A stretch of 64,000 bases of DNA from Oopsacas minuta (lineage: Eukaryota; Animalia; Porifera), in NCBI GenBank assembly GCA_024704765.1, contig JAKMXF010000298.1, forward strand, positions 248,001 to 312,000. Reading direction: 5' to 3'. This document shows positions 61,528-64,000 of this stretch, piece by piece (within the stretch, counting starts at the first letter, position 1; each line of letters opens with the position of its first letter). Below the pieces are notes generated by a model. The model saw nothing but the letters and a program-made list of their open reading frames with translations, was not told the origin of the DNA and ran no database searches. Position numbers and translations under genes: made by a program.

Positions 61528-64000
61528 CTATACTTTATAAATGTGAGCTGTGTTATTACCAAAACTTGATGGGGTATAAGCAGATAAAACTGCACGACAG
61601 ATAAAATCATATTGAGATAGATTCTGTACCATATTACATCTGCATTCTCTTAATTGCCATATAATCCCGACTAAATCGACAGGTAGTCCCCTTTCCATCA
61701 TTGTCATAGCTACATCCATGACGATATGGACACCTGATCGGCCTATACCAGCCGAACAATGAATAACAGGAGCTGTGTCTTTGCTCTCACGACGAACTAC
61801 GTTTACAAATGATAAAAAAGATTCAGTTTCTGCAGGCACTCCCTGGTCCGGCCAGGCAGTATAATGTAGTTGAGTTATGAACCTCTCTCCTGAATGAAGT
61901 TGATGACGTATACGGAGCTTACGTCTTGTGAATATTGTGTCTTTATGTTCTTCTATAGTTGTAATCTCTATTCCCTCACAATGCAGTGTCTTCTCGGATA
62001 CTTCTGTTGTTGCTAATTCAGGCCAGTAACGATAGCACTTGTTCTTACCTGCCATGATATTGTATTAATAAGGAAAGAGAATATTAAACTACCTGTACGT
62101 AATACAATATCCCTTCAACTTCAACTTTTACATAATTATTTCCAAATAGACTCGATTACCCCTAACTGGCAGTTGAAACGAAAGTTCTCGTGTGAATTTG
62201 TTACTTTTGAGCTCTGAAAATGGTTTCTACGCACTAAATTACTGCTGATAATACGAAGTTCTTAAGAAACGATATACGTATAAACACGAGGTATAATTTC
62301 AGGACTTAAATCAATTGAAACACAACTTACCTCCCTCTTTTAGTGACGTAAGCATTACAATAAGTGTACACCCCTGGTCCCAAACCATACACCAGAAATC
62401 CTTGCAAGTGTGTTTCAGTGGCCCTTGTGTTACAACATAGAACTTCTTTTCTATAACACAAAACACTAAAAGTTACAATTTTTGGTGAATATTTACAAAT
62501 AATATTCACCTTTAGCATTAATTGTTACTTCAACATGTGAAGCATTGATATAATCAGATTCTATAGTTAGCTGTACTCTTGTCTCGTCATAAGGTAAAAT
62601 ATCCTTGTATCTATTCTTCTTAAAGTTATCTGGGTATCTAGCTGCTAGCGTACTCCTAGACGGGTTATTAGGTTGCTGGGGGATGGCAAGGAATGTGTCT
62701 ATTGATGATCCATCTCTCAAGCATTGAGATATTAAATCGATTGACTGTGGTAACGTTAAAGAGGGCAGTCCTAGACAAAGTAGATAATAAGATAACTGTA
62801 TAACAATGCATGAATCAGTTCCTTCAAAAATTTCATCACAAGTGACCATGGATGGAATTAGTGTATATATTTTATAAAATATTAGAAAATGTGAAATTAA
62901 CATACTCTTAGGGGCTAAAGCAGAAGGAGTTTGATTACCAGCTGTTCTTGATACAGCCATCAGCTGTCCCTCACTAGCAGATCCACTATGTATATGTCTT
63001 GAACTGTCAGCTGATATCATATTTTGAGATTGATTGGGGAACTGAGCTTGTAGTAAACTGAGCATTTCAGTACTCTTACTTTTACGACGTCTGACTACCA
63101 GTTCTAAGCCATCCTGCTGGAGATCTTTACCAGACTTAATAAACTTTACCAATTGGTGATGAGAGAATATTTGTACTGAATGTCTATTGACCTAATTGAA
63201 GAATTGTACATATATGAAGTATCTTGAAATTATAATTATGTATGAAAAACTTGTAGCACTAAAATCCGGGAAATAAGTACATAATAAGACTATACTCACT
63301 CACCTGTACAAGTTCATCTCCCAGCTGTAAAGGTGTCGGGTAGGCTAGACTAGCTGGTGAATCAGGCATCACTTTAGAAACAATAACAGGTTCTTCCTGA
63401 TTACGCTCTTTCCCTTGTATATTGAAGCCGTATCTTCCTTCTGGGTCAGACCGTAGTATCAAACAGATCTCTTCTCTAGCTATACAGCACATTTTGTATT
63501 CAATACTTGTATAATAAAGTTTAATGAAAAATTATACAAAATTTTTTGATAATGAATTAGTTATGCAAGCTATTTATATTTCTAAAGCAAATTAATGAAT
63601 ATCCCAACTTTGATATTTTGTATTAGTTCTTACCTGCTAAATGTTAGTTAATTGTGGATCTATATGCATTCACCTCCCGTTATATGAAGCTCAAGGGGCT
63701 GCGATAATTATTTCGATATAGGCAGAGTTTGACGGTTTGCGACCATATTTGTACAATTTCAGACTTCGATATGAGTGGGTATATCGTTATATCCATATTC
63801 GATATTACGAGAATTGACTGAACGTAGATTCTTACAGATTATGTAGATCGTAAAAATACTCAAAAATATCGTAGAATTAGAAATATATTCACCTGGTACA
63901 GTTTGATAGCACTCAGAATCCATAGACAGATTTCTATCATGCATATACTGTAACAACTGATTCTCTGATTGAGGAATATTATTATACTCTTCTGGCTCAA
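61528..64000 (-). CDS. PTPN4: PTPN3/PTPN4-like non-receptor tyrosine phosphatase (PDZ + PTP; the expected FERM domain would lie beyond the window)
   Basis: [31 protein letters not shown]; [50 protein letters not shown]. Confidence 0.8.
63668..63820. mobile_element. MITE family A copy in a PTPN3/4 intron
   Basis: ctcccgttatatgaagctcaaggg ... ttcgatattacgagaattgactg. Confidence 0.72.

Noticed and set aside
1-64000. CRISPR arrays, prokaryotic operons or autonomous transposase/RT genes
   Set aside because: No regularly spaced repeat-spacer array and no transposase or reverse-transcriptase ORF; the remaining short ORF-track entries are antisense shadows of identified exons

Overview
AT-rich, gene-dense eukaryotic (animal) genomic DNA with mostly short GT-AG introns. 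The compact layout and gene set suggest an early-branching metazoan such as a sponge (inference only). Genes in order: LETM1 (5' truncated, with an antisense tRNA-Leu(AAG) in intron 2); a 91-aa degenerate CNC/Maf-like bZIP; an Ig/FN3 receptor tyrosine phosphatase with a 5.5-kb last exon; an NCF2/NOXA1-like NADPH oxidase activator; ataxin-3; a UFSP1-like protease; OCRL/INPP5B (17 exons, minus) whose 2.1-kb intron holds AK6 and UXS1; two tandem TspanC8 tetraspanins; a C8orf82 homolog; a complete ~56-exon outer-arm dynein heavy chain (DNAH5/8) containing a same-strand intronless nanos gene and an antisense SRP9 gene; PDIA6; eIF5A; and the 3' part of a PTPN3/4-like phosphatase. Most of the larger introns are filled with short non-autonomous DNA transposons (MITEs) from several TA-flanked families plus a hAT family. 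The most notable observations are the nested-gene architecture (especially nanos inside dynein on the same strand) and the bZIP microprotein that lacks the invariant DNA-contacting Asn. All calls come from manual reading and remembered family motifs; no searches were run.
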